This document shows positions 49,406 through 62,719 of a DNA stretch of 64,000 bases, piece by piece; the first letter of the stretch is position 1, and each line of letters starts with the position of its first letter. The notes under the pieces are model-generated. The model was not told the origin of the DNA. It made no database searches and saw only the letters and a list, made by a program, of their open reading frames with translations. Both the position numbers and the translations under genes were made by a program. The DNA comes from Scyliorhinus canicula (lineage: Eukaryota): contig NC_052154.1 in NCBI RefSeq assembly GCF_902713615.1, positions 39,171,017-39,235,016 of the forward strand, in the 5' to 3' direction.

Positions 49406-50290
49406 CCCCCGATGAACAACTCCTCAAACACGATCACGAACATCCCCTACCTTGCCTCGAAACCCTCCGCTGAACCCCACAACTCGTATTTAATCTTCTC
49501 CAGCGAAGAAAGTCATATAAATCACCCAGCCAGGCCACACCCCCAGTGGCATTGCTGACCAGTCCTTCCCCCTGGGTTCTTGAAGCGCCATGGGTCCACC
49601 ATACCAGCGTTTCCATAAATCTACCAAGCTCCATTGCCATTCATATCCTACCCATTGACCTGGGGCTCTTTCTATCTACCATTGGCTCCAGAACACAATT
49701 AAAATCTCCTCCCATAATGAACTGTTGCATGGCCAAGTCTGGGATTGCAGCCAACCTTCCCCTCATAAAACCTACAGCCTCCCAATTCGGTGCATACACA
49801 TTCACCAACACCACCAAATTCCCTTTTAATACCCCACTCACAATCACAGATCTCCCACCTGGGTCCCTCACTTCTTTTGGGCTCATAAACCCCATTTACT
49901 TACTCATCAAAATTGCCACCTCCCGCGACTTTAAATCAACGCCCGAGATGAAAACCTGATCCACCCACCCCTTCCTTAGCCTAACCTGGTTCTTCATGCG
50001 CAGGTGCGTCTCCTGCAGAAGACCACCTCCGCTTTCAAGCTTGTAAGATGCGCAAAAACCCGCGATATTATGACCGGTCCATTGTGCCCTCGCACATTCC
50101 ACGTTATCAGCCTCACCGGGGACTTATGCCTCCATTCCCCTCTACCATCCGCCACCCTCCCCTTTTGGCTCTACCTCTGTTAATTTCACTCAATACCTGG
50201 CCCATCCAAGATGGCCCCTTTCTCCGCCTCGACCATGTTTCTTCTCCAACCTCGCCTCATCGCGTCACCCTCCCTTATAATTAATCAATT
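49248..50290 (-). mobile_element. internally deleted L1 fragment inside the Gypsy
   Basis: LQETHL, NVYAPNW and GGDFN on minus; T-rich tail at ~49248. Confidence 0.8.
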
Positions 50291-51789
50291 CTAAATGACC
50301 TTAGTTGTGTCATATTTGAGGACGTGGTGCTACTATAATTGCTGACATTTTCTTTGGCACTTTGTGTGAACCATCTTTGTCAATGATATGATCACAGTAA
50401 TTTATGGATGACTTGAAAAAGTCACACTTTTCCTTCATAACTCTCAGGTTGTGGCTTTGCAACCGCTTCAGGGTAGTTTCCAAATTCTCCAAGTGTTCCT
50501 GTTCACTTGAACCGGTGATGTCATCTAAATAATTGCACACCATTCAACCCACTTTGAATTTGATCCATGGATCTTTGAGAAAGAGCAGGTGCAGACGTAA
50601 TTCCAGAAGGAAGTCCTCTGTAACAAAACAAATCTTTGTGCGTTACGATGGTAAGTAGTGGCTGTGATTCGGCAGCTACATTCATCTGCAAATATGCCTG
50701 TGAAAGAACAATTTTACTGAATTTCTGTCCTCCAGAAAGTATAGCAAGCAAGTCTTCAATCAGCGGCAGTGGATAATGATCTATGCATAAAACTGGGTTA
50801 AAAGTAATTTTTAAGTCTCCACAAGTTCTCATTGAGCCAACACGTTTTAATACAGGAACAATTGGTGTCACCCAATTACTTGTAGCAACAGGTTCAATGA
50901 CTCCTGTTCTTACTGAGCTTTCTAGTTCTTCTTCAACTTTAGGCTTGATGGCATATGGTACAGTTCTAGCTTTCAGACAATTAGGCATTCTGTCTGGCTT
51001 GATTTTTAGCTGTAGTTTAACTCCAGTCATAGAGCCTGACAAATCTTTGAACATCTCATACTTCTTCAGTTGCTCTTTGAATCCATTCACTGATTGACTG
51101 TTCCGTTAAGCCTAACCTTAACCAACCATGCTCTGCCAAATACAGCAAAGTCAAACACAGACAATGTGAACAGGCAACTTTGCTGTCTGCCCGTTTGCTT
51201 CTACTTTCACTGTAATATATCCTTTTAATGGTACCGCCTCTTCAGTGTATGAACTTAGGATCACATTTGGTAGTTTTAAAGGCAGAATCTTCAGCTTTTG
51301 ATGATAAACTGTCTCAGATATTAGCGATTCTACTGCGCCCGTATCCACTTCCATTTTAATTTCATGACCTTCAAGTTTGGATATGCCCAAAAACGTTGTT
51401 GATCGCCTTGCATTAACAGAACGCCTAGTGTAAGCTCTTGCAGTAGCTTGGTTATGTTGTCTTTTGAGTGATTATGAGCTTTGTCTACTAATTTGTAGAC
51501 ACGACTAGATTGTTTACTTGTGTTCATCTTCTTGCACTTTCTTGGTGTAGAAGTAGTTTTCTGTGCCCAACACAATATGCCCCTTCTTGCCACAGCTCTT
51601 GCATGTGTTCGATTTACTCCAACATTCCTCCCTTAGTGTCAACCTGGGTACAACAGTGGCATGGTTGCACCTTTGCAGTGCATTTTTTGAGGTATACATT
51701 TGTGGATCTTAGCTCCAGCCCCTATCTGCAATACTTCTCTTGTTGCAGGCCCCATGGTTAGGCAACTTCCACAGCAGCTTTCAGAGTTA

Positions 51790-51995
51790 AATCACCCAGT
51801 GTCTGTGTGGATTTCCCTGGGTGCTCCGGTTTCCTTCCACAGTCCAAAGATATGCAGGTTAGGTGGAGTTACAGGGATAGGACGGGGGAAATGGGCCTGG
51901 GTAGGGTGCTCTTTTGGAAGGTCTATGCAGACTCGATGGGCTGAATGGCCTCTTTCTGCACTGTAGGGATTCCATTCTATGGATTCTATTCTATT
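51790..51995 (+). mobile_element. 5'-truncated HE1-type V-SINE
   Basis: V-domain and aatggcctctttctgcactgtagggattcc tail. Confidence 0.8.
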
Positions 51996-53907
51996 CCATA
52001 GAAAGCAGCTTCCTCTGAATTGCTTCACTGTGTAACCCACAAACCAGCCTGTCTGAAAGAGTATAATCCAATGTTGTACCAAATTCACAATATCTAGCTA
52101 ATCTTCTTAAAGACGTTATAAACTATAAAATGATTTCACCTTCTTACTGGCTATGATGGTGGAATCAGAACCTTTTTGCAATCAATGACGGTTTAGGAGA
52201 GAAATGTCCTTCACAGATTTTAATTAATTCATTGAAGGGCTGGTCTCCTGGTTTGGCTGGGTGAACAAGATTCTGTCGCAGCATAAACATGTTATTGCCA
52301 ACTGAGCTGAGAAATGTTGAGACCTTTAGGTCCTCCGGTGTCTGATTGGCTACTAAAAACTGGAATCTTTCTTCATACAAATTCCATATTTCAGAGTTCT
52401 CATCAATCGCTTCCATGGTGCCATTTTTGGATCCTGGCTCCTAGGGTCTACACTTCCTCCCTTCTGACCATGTTGGAAAGGATGGCATTAACAATCTCTT
52501 GAACAAGCAACTAAGAAATCTTTCCCTTTTATGCCTGAGAATTTTGACTTTTCTCCTGATTACTGGCCCATGCAGAGTCAGTAGACTTCGAAATCCCTGT
52601 TTCCCACAGCCTGTGTAGCTTCACTACGTACGCGGTTGCTACAGCCCAGGCCCTATTCACTCCAACGCAAGCAAGTTTTCCCTGATTGTCAGTCTTCTTT
52701 CACACAGTTACAGTCGAAAGGTTTTGTTAAATCTTCATATCGGTGACAGTATTTCACCAGACGTCTGTTGTGTAGGCAGGTCCAGTCCAGAGAATTTTCC
52801 ATTGCTCCCGATGCCGTCCCACAAATAGTCAACAAAAATCTTCTTTCAAGCGATGTTTCTGCCTCAATCCTCGTCATCAGTTTTCTCTCATTATATTTCT
52901 TTGTCACATCAAAGACAAACGGTATAGCAGTAGCAACACTCTGGGTTCTTGTAAACACAACGAGAGGTTTATTAAGGGTGTTGCTCAATACAATCAAGAT
53001 AGTGATCCTCTCAAAGTTCGTGCAAACTTTGCTGACGTCAATACACATCCAGCTGAACCAGCACGAATGTATTCACAGATACATAACTGTTTTAAAACAC
53101 ACATTTTTAAAAACTCACTTAGCAGATCAGTCCAGAGGAGCATAAAATGAGAAAAAAATCAAAACAATACCAATCAGTTTCTCAGATCTTTCAGCTATAA
53201 ATTTGCAAATTGCAAACAAAACGGTTATTAATTGTAGTCAATAATTATCCTCTAGGTGGCTGTATTCTAACAATATGAAATGACCACACAGCTACAGTAA
53301 TGTTATGTACTAACATTCGGAACAATCAGTCAGAATATAAAGCTATTAACTTTTTAAAATTAATCTACCATGGAAGGATGTCGCATGTATCCTAAAAATA
53401 TATCAAACTTAGCAAACTGTTCAGAACTAATAAAAGCGCAAAATATTTTCTCAGAATTATTTTTTAAAAAGCTTGAGTGCTAACTGTATAGGCCAAAAAT
53501 AATAAAATCTAATCATTTCACCCCCAAATAAATTGAGCAAATTAAAAGATAAATGTATTAAATCTAACTATGCACTTCTCATAAGACAGCTTTCTTTTTA
53601 TCATGTCAGCACCACTTAATGTCCAAGTACATTAACTCTGAGAGAATATTAATTCTGAAGCTTTAGAATGGGGGTCATGATCAAAATGATGCTTTTGAAT
53701 TCTAGTCTGTTCAAAATTACTATTATCTGACAAATGGATGCTTTGCATATAAATACATAAAATCTAATTTACAGAAGCTAAATATTCCCGAGCAAACACC
53801 AACGTATTTCGGTCTGTAAAACTCTTATTTTCATAAATAATAATCAATAAAATGCAAACCTACAGGACAATCTGTACATGAAACACACACATAACCGTTG
53901 CAATTCA

Positions 53908-54390
53908 GTGGTTAGCACTGCTGCCTTCCGACGCTGAGGACCCGGGTTTGATACGTGTGGAATTTGCACAATGCGGTTAGCACTGTTGCTTCACAACGCC
54001 AGGGTCCCAGGTTCGATTCCTGGCTTGGGTCACTGTCTATGCTGAGTCTGCACGTTCTCCCTGTGTCTGCGTGGGTTTCCTCCGGGTGCTCCGGTTTCCT
54101 CCCACAAGTCCCGAATAACGTGCTGTTAGGTAATTTGGACATTCTGAATTCTCTCTCCATGTACCTGAACTGGTGCAGGAATGTGGCGGCTAGGAGATTT
54201 TCACAGTAACTTCATTGCAGTGTTAATGTAAGCCTACTTGTGACAATAAAGATTATATTATATTCTCCCCGTGTCTGTGTGGGTCTCCCCCCACAACCCA
54301 AAGGTGTGCAAGGTAGATGGATTGGCCATGCTAAATTGCCTCTTACTTGGAAAAAAAAAAAATTGGATACTCTAGAATTTATCTAAAAAA
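53908..54390 (+). mobile_element. type-A V-SINE containing a nested type-B V-SINE (~53971-54260)
   Basis: Outer TSD ATAAC(CG/AC)TTGCAATTCA at 53891-53907 and 54391-54407. Confidence 0.82.
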
Positions 54391-55434
54391 ATAACACTTG
54401 CAATTCAACATTTCAAAAAAATACCCCAAAAGATGACGGAGTTTCAAGAAAAAACTTAATTGTGACAAATTAAGATGGGAGGTTAGATTGGCATAAGAAC
54501 CAGATCAGAACATTAAGGAAAATTAATAATGGTTTACAGTGAGATGGTTACCAGCACTAGAACAAATCCCACACATAAATGGAGTGAATCACCATAAGGC
54601 GAACTGTACCAAAGTAAGAATATTGTGACAAGCAATAAACACAGGTTTCTTTGAAGCATTGTGATTAATTTGAGTGTCAATTGCATATTGGAAAAAGAAT
54701 TGCGAGTTAAAATAAGCATTTAAATTAGCTCGGTGTCAGACAATTCTACCTGTGTGACTGCCACTTCTTTATCTGAGTCCAAAGAACTTTGATGCAGGTT
54801 ACAATAACATTTTGTATTTATATAGCTCTTTAGTCAAGAAAAAACCCTCAATATCTAGCTAGGGAGGGAGAGGGTTGATGGGGTAACCAAACGGTTGGTT
54901 AAAGAGGTGAGTTTTGAGAAGGTTTACAAATGAAGGAATGAGGGGTAGAGTGTTGGGGGAGCTTTTGTGAGAGAATTACACGAGTAGGAAGACAAAGGTT
55001 CACCTACTGATGGGAGGAGTGAAAGGAATGGGAGATCCACTAAAGGAATTGAGTTCTTGGGGAGGAAAGATACAGGGCATGAGGGGTTTTGAAGATGAGA
55101 CAGACCAAAGCCTGAGCGATTTAAAGACAATAATAATAATAATAATAATAATAATTGCTTAATGTCACAAGTAGGCTTCAATGAAGTTGTAAGACAAAGA
55201 TTTAAATTTCAGTGGAGAACAAGGATGGTGGGGACGTGGGGCATGGTATAGGATAGGTTACATGTGATAAAATGGGCCTCATTGGAGGCTGGGAGACCAG
55301 CAAGAAGACTGGCAGAATAATTAAATCTAGAGATGGCAAAAACACGTATGAAGCTTTTAGCAGTTGGGGTGCAGGGGTAGGGTGACAGATGAATAATACT
55401 GAAATGAAAACATTTTTTGAAACTAAGCTCTAAT

Positions 55435-55952
55435 TTAATAATTTTTATTGTCACAAGTAGGTTTACATTAACACTGCAATGAAGTTACTGTGAAAAGCCC
55501 CTAGTCGCTACATTACAGCGCCTGGGGGCAGCACGGTGGCGCAGTGGCGCCGAGGTCCCAGGTTCGATCCCGGCTCTGGGTCACTGTCCGTGTGGAGTTT
55601 GCACATTCTCCCCGTGTCTGCGCGGGATTCGCCCCCACAACCCAAAGATGTGCAGGGTAGGTGGATTGGCCACATTAAATTGCCCCTTAATTGGAAAAAT
55701 ATTAATTGGGTTCTCTAAATTAAAAAAAAACATTACTGTGCCTGTTTGGGTACAATGAGGGCTATTTCAGAATGTCCAAATTACCTAACAGCACGTCTTT
55801 CAGGACTTGTGGGAGGAAACCAGAGCACCCGGAGGAAACCCACAGACACGGGGAGAACGTGCAGACTCCACACAGTGACCCAAGTCGGGAATCATCAAAC
55901 CTGGGACCCTGGCGCTGTGAAGCAACAGTGCCAACCACTGTGCTACCATGCA
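55435..55952 (-). mobile_element. type-B V-SINE containing a plus-strand type-A V-SINE (55525-55729)
   Basis: Inner TSD ACATTAC(A/T)G(C/T)GCCTG at 55510-55524 and 55730-55744. Confidence 0.82.
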
Positions 55953-56192
55953 AGTCATGCTCTAGGTGAAGTAGGAACCAAAGTTGTGATGTAATGGACC
56001 CCGAAACAGTGACTGATGAATGGCAAAGGATTAGTGCCAAGCAATTTACATCATGGCTTAAAGAATCCCACATATGCTTGGGTGCCTGGTGAATCTTAAC
56101 TGATAAAAAACACCTAGCTTGCAAAACCTCCTATTGCTGATCCAACTAAAAATTCCTGAAATGTTAAATCAAATTGTATGCTATAACCTGCG

Positions 56193-56262
56193 TATATATA
56201 TATATATAATATATGCAAATATATTACATACACTATATACATAAATATATTATATATACATA
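56193..56262. repeat. (TA)n / AT-rich microsatellite
   Basis: Visible TA repeats. Confidence 0.8.
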
Positions 56263-56603
56263 AAAACCTCCCCAAGAAAATACAATTAAAACTTAATAAG
56301 TTATGTTTACAATTGCCACCAGGAGCCGTAAATTACAATCTTTTGCATAGCTTAAGTGGAATTGTTAGAGCAGTAAATTTGGATTAATTCATCTAATTTC
56401 CTACTGTACATGAAGCATTTGGGGATGTTTCTGATAAATATGATAAACTCATTTGACTATCACAAACAAGTTAGGAATGGAGCAGACCTGATTATTGTAT
56501 CTCAGGGTTATCATCTAAAGTGTTTTTATATATAAATCTAAAAGTACAAAAGCAAGGTACAATATGTTTCACAGTCAGTAATAAAGTAATTAATGTTGTT
56601 TAC

Positions 56604-56706
56604 CTGTACCGTGTCCAGATTTTGGTTCATGTATGAGAGTGGCAGATGCTGCATCATAGGAAGAAATGTCAGTAATTTCACTACTCACAGATACTGGGAT
56701 TTCATC
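56604..56706 (-). CDS. CEP89: probable CEP89 coding exon (103 nt, DEIPVSVSSEITDISSYDAASATLIHEPKSGHGT)
   Basis: tatttgtttag| ... CAG|gtaaac. Open frame, phase 0/1, Ser/acidic composition like the N-terminal region of CEP89. Confidence 0.75.
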
Positions 56707-57289
56707 CTAAACAAATAATACATAAACGAGAAAGTTAAAAAGCCAGATTCAAGAAAGTATTAAGAATCACATCAAAATCTCAAGAACTCCAGACTTTGCC
56801 ATAATAATATTGATTCAAAGTAAGAACTTGCTTACCAAGATGTTCAGGTGCTCCAGAGGTTGCAAAAGAATGGCATTTCGCTGAGAGACTTTCCATTAAA
56901 ATACATGGAAGTGGGTAATGTTGATGTACTTATTTTGATATTCACACACTAAACTCTTCAAAGAAATTGCGGCTTGTCCACTCCAGTGTAAGCTACATTT
57001 AAAGGTTTGGTATGTTTTAATTACTGCCTAACAACCTTTTGGCACTGAAAATTAATATTAACAAATGCAGAGTCTCATTCCTACAGATTTAGGGAAGAAT
57101 CTCCCAACCTGCCTGTGGCAGATTAGTTGGCGGGCTGGCGTAGAGAATGTGTCAGAATCAAAAAGGCAGAAACGCGCCAGCATAAAATCATGTTGCAATT
57201 CTCCCAATGGCAGGTCAGTCTTCATGCTGGCAGGTGGTACAAATTACATTTACATTTCACGAATGCTGCCCACCGGAATCATGTCAGGC

Positions 57290-57660
57290 CTTCCAACCTA
57301 GCCAAGCCTTAATCGGGCCCACTGTCCTTGCCAGGTCCTCCAGAGTATCCTTCCTCTGCTGGGTGAACTTCTCATTCAAGAAGTCCACCAGCTTCTCCAT
57401 TGACCACTGAGATGGTAGGGCCGATCCCTGACCCTCCGCCAACTTCCCCTGTGTCTCAGGTAAAGCTTCTCGCTCCAACTGCTCCTTTCTTTTAAAACCA
57501 CTCCTGGTCCATGACTCCATCCACCGGTGGGACATCTTTTCCTTCCACCACTCCTGCACCTGTTTTCCCTCAACACATCCAGCCGTTAGACGGGTAAAGG
57601 TCCAAAAACACCGCCACGAGCGAGAGCTACCAAATGTGCGACCACTCACCATGGCTGCTA
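57290..57660 (-). mobile_element. L1 ORF1 5' fragment inside a Harbinger-type repeat (~57091-57840)
   Basis: EKLVDFLNEKF..QRKDTLEDL coiled-coil start resembling 38200-38360; MITE-like end gggaagaatctccc at 57091. Confidence 0.5.
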
Positions 57661-59178
57661 CCGGAATTCACACTGAGAAGTTCTGACGAGCAGGGCTCCT
57701 CAATGCAGGAAACGGGACTAAGTGAGGACTCAGCGGGGCGTTCCCATTCAATAGCGTGGTCTTTCTCAGCACTGTGAACGCCAGGAAATACCCAGCTAAA
57801 CGCGCTCAACATGGGACTCTGTTGTAATTCGGTTAGATCACGCACTAAGAAATTGTAATTCACCAAGGGTATTTCCTGTGGGTCTCCAACTATCCAGCTC
57901 TACAGTCTGCCCCCAGGAACAAAAAGGTCTACAGTACAAATGCATCATGACAGTTCGGAAGGAGTCTAATACAGACCTGCATGAACTCTTCTTGCAGTCA
58001 TACACCAGCTCCGCACAAATGGACAAACATCCCTTTCAGTTTATCTAAACTCTTGTTGCTGTGCGACTGCTCTAATTGCCACATGCATGTAGTCAATGGA
58101 ACCCTGAACCTGGGGAATCCAGCCAGGGAGGCTAATCAGAGAGCCTATTCATCCTGGCTACAACATCACAGGAAACATTCACACAACTTTCAGCCCTGAG
58201 AAACAAGCCATCTATGATCTGCCTTGCACATTTATGTGTTGTGAACACCAAAACTATCATAATGTTTCTAGTAGCACCCTGGTGAAACTGGGGACAAAGC
58301 AAAACAAAATTGAGGGCAGTCATGATCTTCACAGTTGGTGATAATACACGTGAAATGAATGAAATGAAATGAATAAACTGAAATGAAAATCGCTTATTGT
58401 ACGAGTAGGCTTCAATGAAATTGCTGTGAAAAGCCCCTAGTCACCACATTCCGGCGCCTGTTCAGGGAGGCTGGTACGGATCTGCCAGGTCCTGCAGTTA
58501 GCTGGTCTTCCATGCATCTGTATGCTCGTCATTACCTGATGAAGCACTGGTCTTCTTAGAGTTCAAGGAAGCAAGCTCCCCTCTAAACCACATATAATCC
58601 TGGTTTGGAACCACAGCACCAGGTGTCGTTGGGTAAAACCTGTGAACGCCCCCTGTAACATCATTGTTGGTGTACCTATTGTATATTAATGTTTTACTGG
58701 TTGGAACAAGGTCACTTAAGGTCCAATCATGTAACGTATTGTTGACATCATCAGCCGTTTGCATGGGCAAACTGGCAGTCTATCCTAACAGCCTGTTGAG
58801 TAAACACCTTTCCAATAAAGCTCTTGTTTCTTTGTACCTTTATGGTCTGCAAGCCTATCCTTTAAAAATATCACAGTACCTACATCATATGGACAGCAGC
58901 TCAAGAATACAGTTCACCACCACCTTGACATATACAATTAATGACACACAAATGTCAGCCTTGCCAGCAATGCTCATTTTCTCTGAATGTTTTTAAAAAG
59001 CCAGTAAATTGGGCATCGTCTCCTTGGCACCTCTTTGTGCATGCTGTCACAGCCTTGGTTGGTGAAGCCTTTCCTCTTCTGACATGTTGTTAAACATCTC
59101 CAATGTTCCAATCTTGTCAGTTTGAAAGCTTCCAAAGTTGAGGAAAATAAACTATTTCTACTCAAGAATTCCATGTCA

Positions 59179-61153
59179 TCCTGGCGAATGCCCTGGTGCG
59201 GCGACTGGAGAATTGCGTGCCAGAGGTAGTTGTAGAAGATCAGACAGGCTTTGTCAAGGGCAGGCAGCTAACAGCAAAATCAGCAACCTGCTGAACGTGA
59301 TCATGACCCCATCCGGGGAGAGAATACCGGAAGTGATCATCTCCCTGGACGCAATTAAGGCCTCAACAGGGTCAAATGGAAGTACCTCAGAGAAGTACTC
59401 GAACAGTTTGGGTTTGGGCAAGGGTTCACGTCCAGGGTGAAACTACTGTACAGTGCTCCTATGGCAAGAGTATAGCCAAACACTACCAGCTCAGGATACG
59501 TCTGGGTGCACAGAGGCAGAAGGCAGGGATGCCCGCGTTCCCTGCTGCTGTTTGCCCTGACAATTTTGGCCACTGGCAATTGCCCTTAGAGCAGTGAAGG
59601 GGTGGAGAGGTATCCGAAGGGGTGGCAGAGAGCACAGAGTCTCACATTATGCAGATAACCTCCTCTTCTACATCCCAAACCCCTGGCCAGCTTGGAAGGA
59701 ATAATGAATCTCCTGAAGGAGTTCGGAACCGTCTTAAGTTAAAAAGTTAACGTGAGTAAGAGTGAAATCTTCTCTGTAAACCAATGGGGGCAGGAGTAGA
59801 GCTGGGGGTCTACCGTTCAAACTGGCCCACATCAAATTCCGTTACTTGGGGATCCAAATAGCCATGACTGGGCACGGATCCACAAGAGGAACCTCACGAG
59901 TCTGGTGGAGGAAGTTAAAAAGGACCTGCAGAGGTGGGGCTCATACCCACTCTCCTTTGAAGGGAGTGCAGACAATCAAGATGAACATGCTGCCCAGGTT
60001 CCTCTTCCTGTTCAGATCCCTCCCAATCTACATCTCCAAGTCCTTTTCAAACTAGTTGATAAGCTAATCATGGTGTTTGCTTGAGGGGAAAGAGCTTGAG
60101 GATTAGGAAGATCATCCTGAAAAGGAGGCTGGGCCTCCCGAACCTCCAGTTCTACCAATGGGTGGCCACTGCAGAAAGAGTACGAGAATGGGTCATGCAA
60201 CCGGGAGCGGAATGGGTGGCGATGGAGTGAGTTCCTGTGCAGTGACATTCCTCCGAGCGTTAGCCACAACCGCACTCCCATCCCCCATGGCCAGATGCTC
60301 AAAACGCCCAGTGGTAGTAACCATGCTCTGAACGTGGAATTAAATGAGGCAGCATTTCAGACTACCCAAACTGTCCATGATGGGCCCCATCTACAATAAT
60401 CACAGGTTCACTCCCGCAATAATGGACGCCTCCTTCAAAAGGTGAAGACAGGACAAGAGGAGACTGACGGTCAGGGTCATGTACACAAATGTAGAGTAGC
60501 GACCCTGGGAGAACTCACTGAGGAGTTCCAGCTCCCACGAGAGAACGACAACGACAACGTACCCCCAGATGCCAGGACATTCAATGTTAGATCGACTACT
60601 GAACACGGACGATCTAGGGGAGGGGAACTGCATGGACATGTATGGATAGCTGTTAGAAGAGGTACGCTCACCCCTGAACAAGACAAAGAAAAGGTGGGAA
60701 GAATAACTAGGCAGGTAGATAGGGGGAGGGACTCTGGATCGAAGCACTGCACAGGGCAAACTTCACCTCCACATGCGCAAGGCTGAGCCTAGTGCAGCTA
60801 AAGGTGGTGCACATGGCGCACCAAACCAGACCACAAATGAGCAGGTTCTCCCCGGAGGTGGAGGACAAATGCTAACGGTGCCAGGGAGGTCCAGCCGACC
60901 ACACCCACATGTTCTGGTCTTCCCCCGGGCTTGTCAGGTACTGGACATCCTTCTTTGGGGCCATGTCCAGGATTGTGGGAGTGAAGATGAATGCGTGCCC
61001 ACGAGTGGTGATCTTTGGGGTTTCAGAGCAGCCAGAGTTCTACATGGGGAGGGGGGCTGACACTCTTGCCTTTGCCTCCCTAGTGCTAATTTGGTTTTGC
61101 TTTGCAAATTCTTGATACAAAATGTTAAAAGTTCAATAAAAATATTTAAAAAA
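59179..61153 (+). mobile_element. old 5'-truncated L1 with perfect 15-bp TSD
   Basis: AAGAATTCCATGTCA at 59164-59178 and 61154-61168; RT and CCHC remnants; AATAAA and A-tail. Confidence 0.9.
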
Positions 61154-62719
61154 AAGAATTCCATGTCAAATGTTTACCAGAGGAAACTGAAACACCAACT
61201 GTAATCTGTGAAGTCTCAATCAGATAGGGTAATGGCAAATTTAAGTACTCATCTGAACTATAATGTAATCTCGCTTCTTTTTCACTGATCGATTTCGGAG
61301 TCCAAAGAAACCCCTGTTGAAGATCCTAAATTCTATTTAAAAATACCCCATTAACATCTCCTAAACATATTAATTGGGCAAATAACTACCTGTCGACCGA
61401 CTAATTAAAAGACGGAGGTGGTTACTCTCAGGCATCCATACTCACTGCCTTTAAACCTGCAATGGGTATTTTCAAGCTGGATTGCAGATGCAATCAAAAG
61501 TTATTAATTTTAGGTCCCTATTTGCTTCCAAGTCACACATTCCTGTGAGCTAAACCCCCACCCACACCGATTGCACCGTTGATAGTAGTGTCATAGGAAT
61601 TTTGATATCAAACAAAGAAAGATGTTGCAGAAACACACTCAAGCAGTTGTCATATAAGCAGGTCAGCAAATATTTTGGCAATGTAGGTACAGCACCACCC
61701 AATGGCTGTAGAAAGACCTTTCCTTGCAAGTTCATTTATTGAACAGTCAGCATCCTTTATTATTTAAAATAAATTGCATTGTATTGTTTTTTTATTATAA
61801 GATGCTTATTTTATCAGCCTATTTTAGCTAAGCATTAAATCCAAGGTTTATGTCGTAAACATTATGTAGTTGACAATAAAAAAAATTCAGTTCTTGTGAA
61901 CTACCACTGTATTGCCAACCTTGGTTTGCCCTCCCAAATCCTTGAATGTGTACATCACATCCCTATTCCCACAAATCCCTCTATGAATCTCTCCAATCAG
62001 ATTTCTACCTCTGCCAGAGCAGTGTAACAGCCCTAAACCAAGTCACAAATGGCATTCTCTATAAATGTTATCATACTGCAGCCTTTGACGTGGTTGACCA
62101 CATTATCCACCTCCAATACCTCACTTCCATCCTCCATACCAGGATTATGAAACCAAGAAAATCGTCAGGATCAGTGGTAGCAATATTTTTTGGATTTTTA
62201 ATCAGAGAACTACATTGCATCTCTCTTCTCTTCCCCTTGCCGAAATTTCCCTATATCCGCTCTCCCTCAGTTTGCATCAAGGCTCTGCTTTGTTTCAATC
62301 ATTCCACGTAGTGGCAAGATTCATAAATAAATTCAATCAGATCTCTCTTATGCTTCTTAGTGTATTGTTACACAAGAAACTGACAAACATCTATGACCAG
62401 GTCTTTTGACTATATACTGGCACCTCTCATTCTATTTTTCAGTTTCCACATATTTTTCCAGCTAGAGGACTCTTGGCTGTTCTTTCATGATCTGTAACCA
62501 GAGGTCCAGAAGCCACCAGCTATTTCTGCTGCTTTAGGCCTCTCACCACTGCAGCAGTAGCCACATTTGTATTCTTGATTCTAGATGCACGACTCTGCCA
62601 GGGGATGAACCTGTATCGGTCGTGCTTCACTACTCAAAAAAATGGGACTTCACAGTTTATCCCACTTGCTAGGCCAGAAAGTTAACCGGCAATCATTCTG
62701 CATGATCACTTTGCTAATG

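Larger units (their letters stand above)
48056..53088 (-). mobile_element. decayed Gypsy LTR retrotransposon with both LTRs (48056-48239; ~52880-53088)
   Basis: PBS-like TGATGACGAGG, PPT AAAGAGAGTGGAG, gag CCHC, EVDTGA protease, RT (WVTPIVPV, YLDD), IN (SDNG..F, PYHPATNGLAE). Confidence 0.88.
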
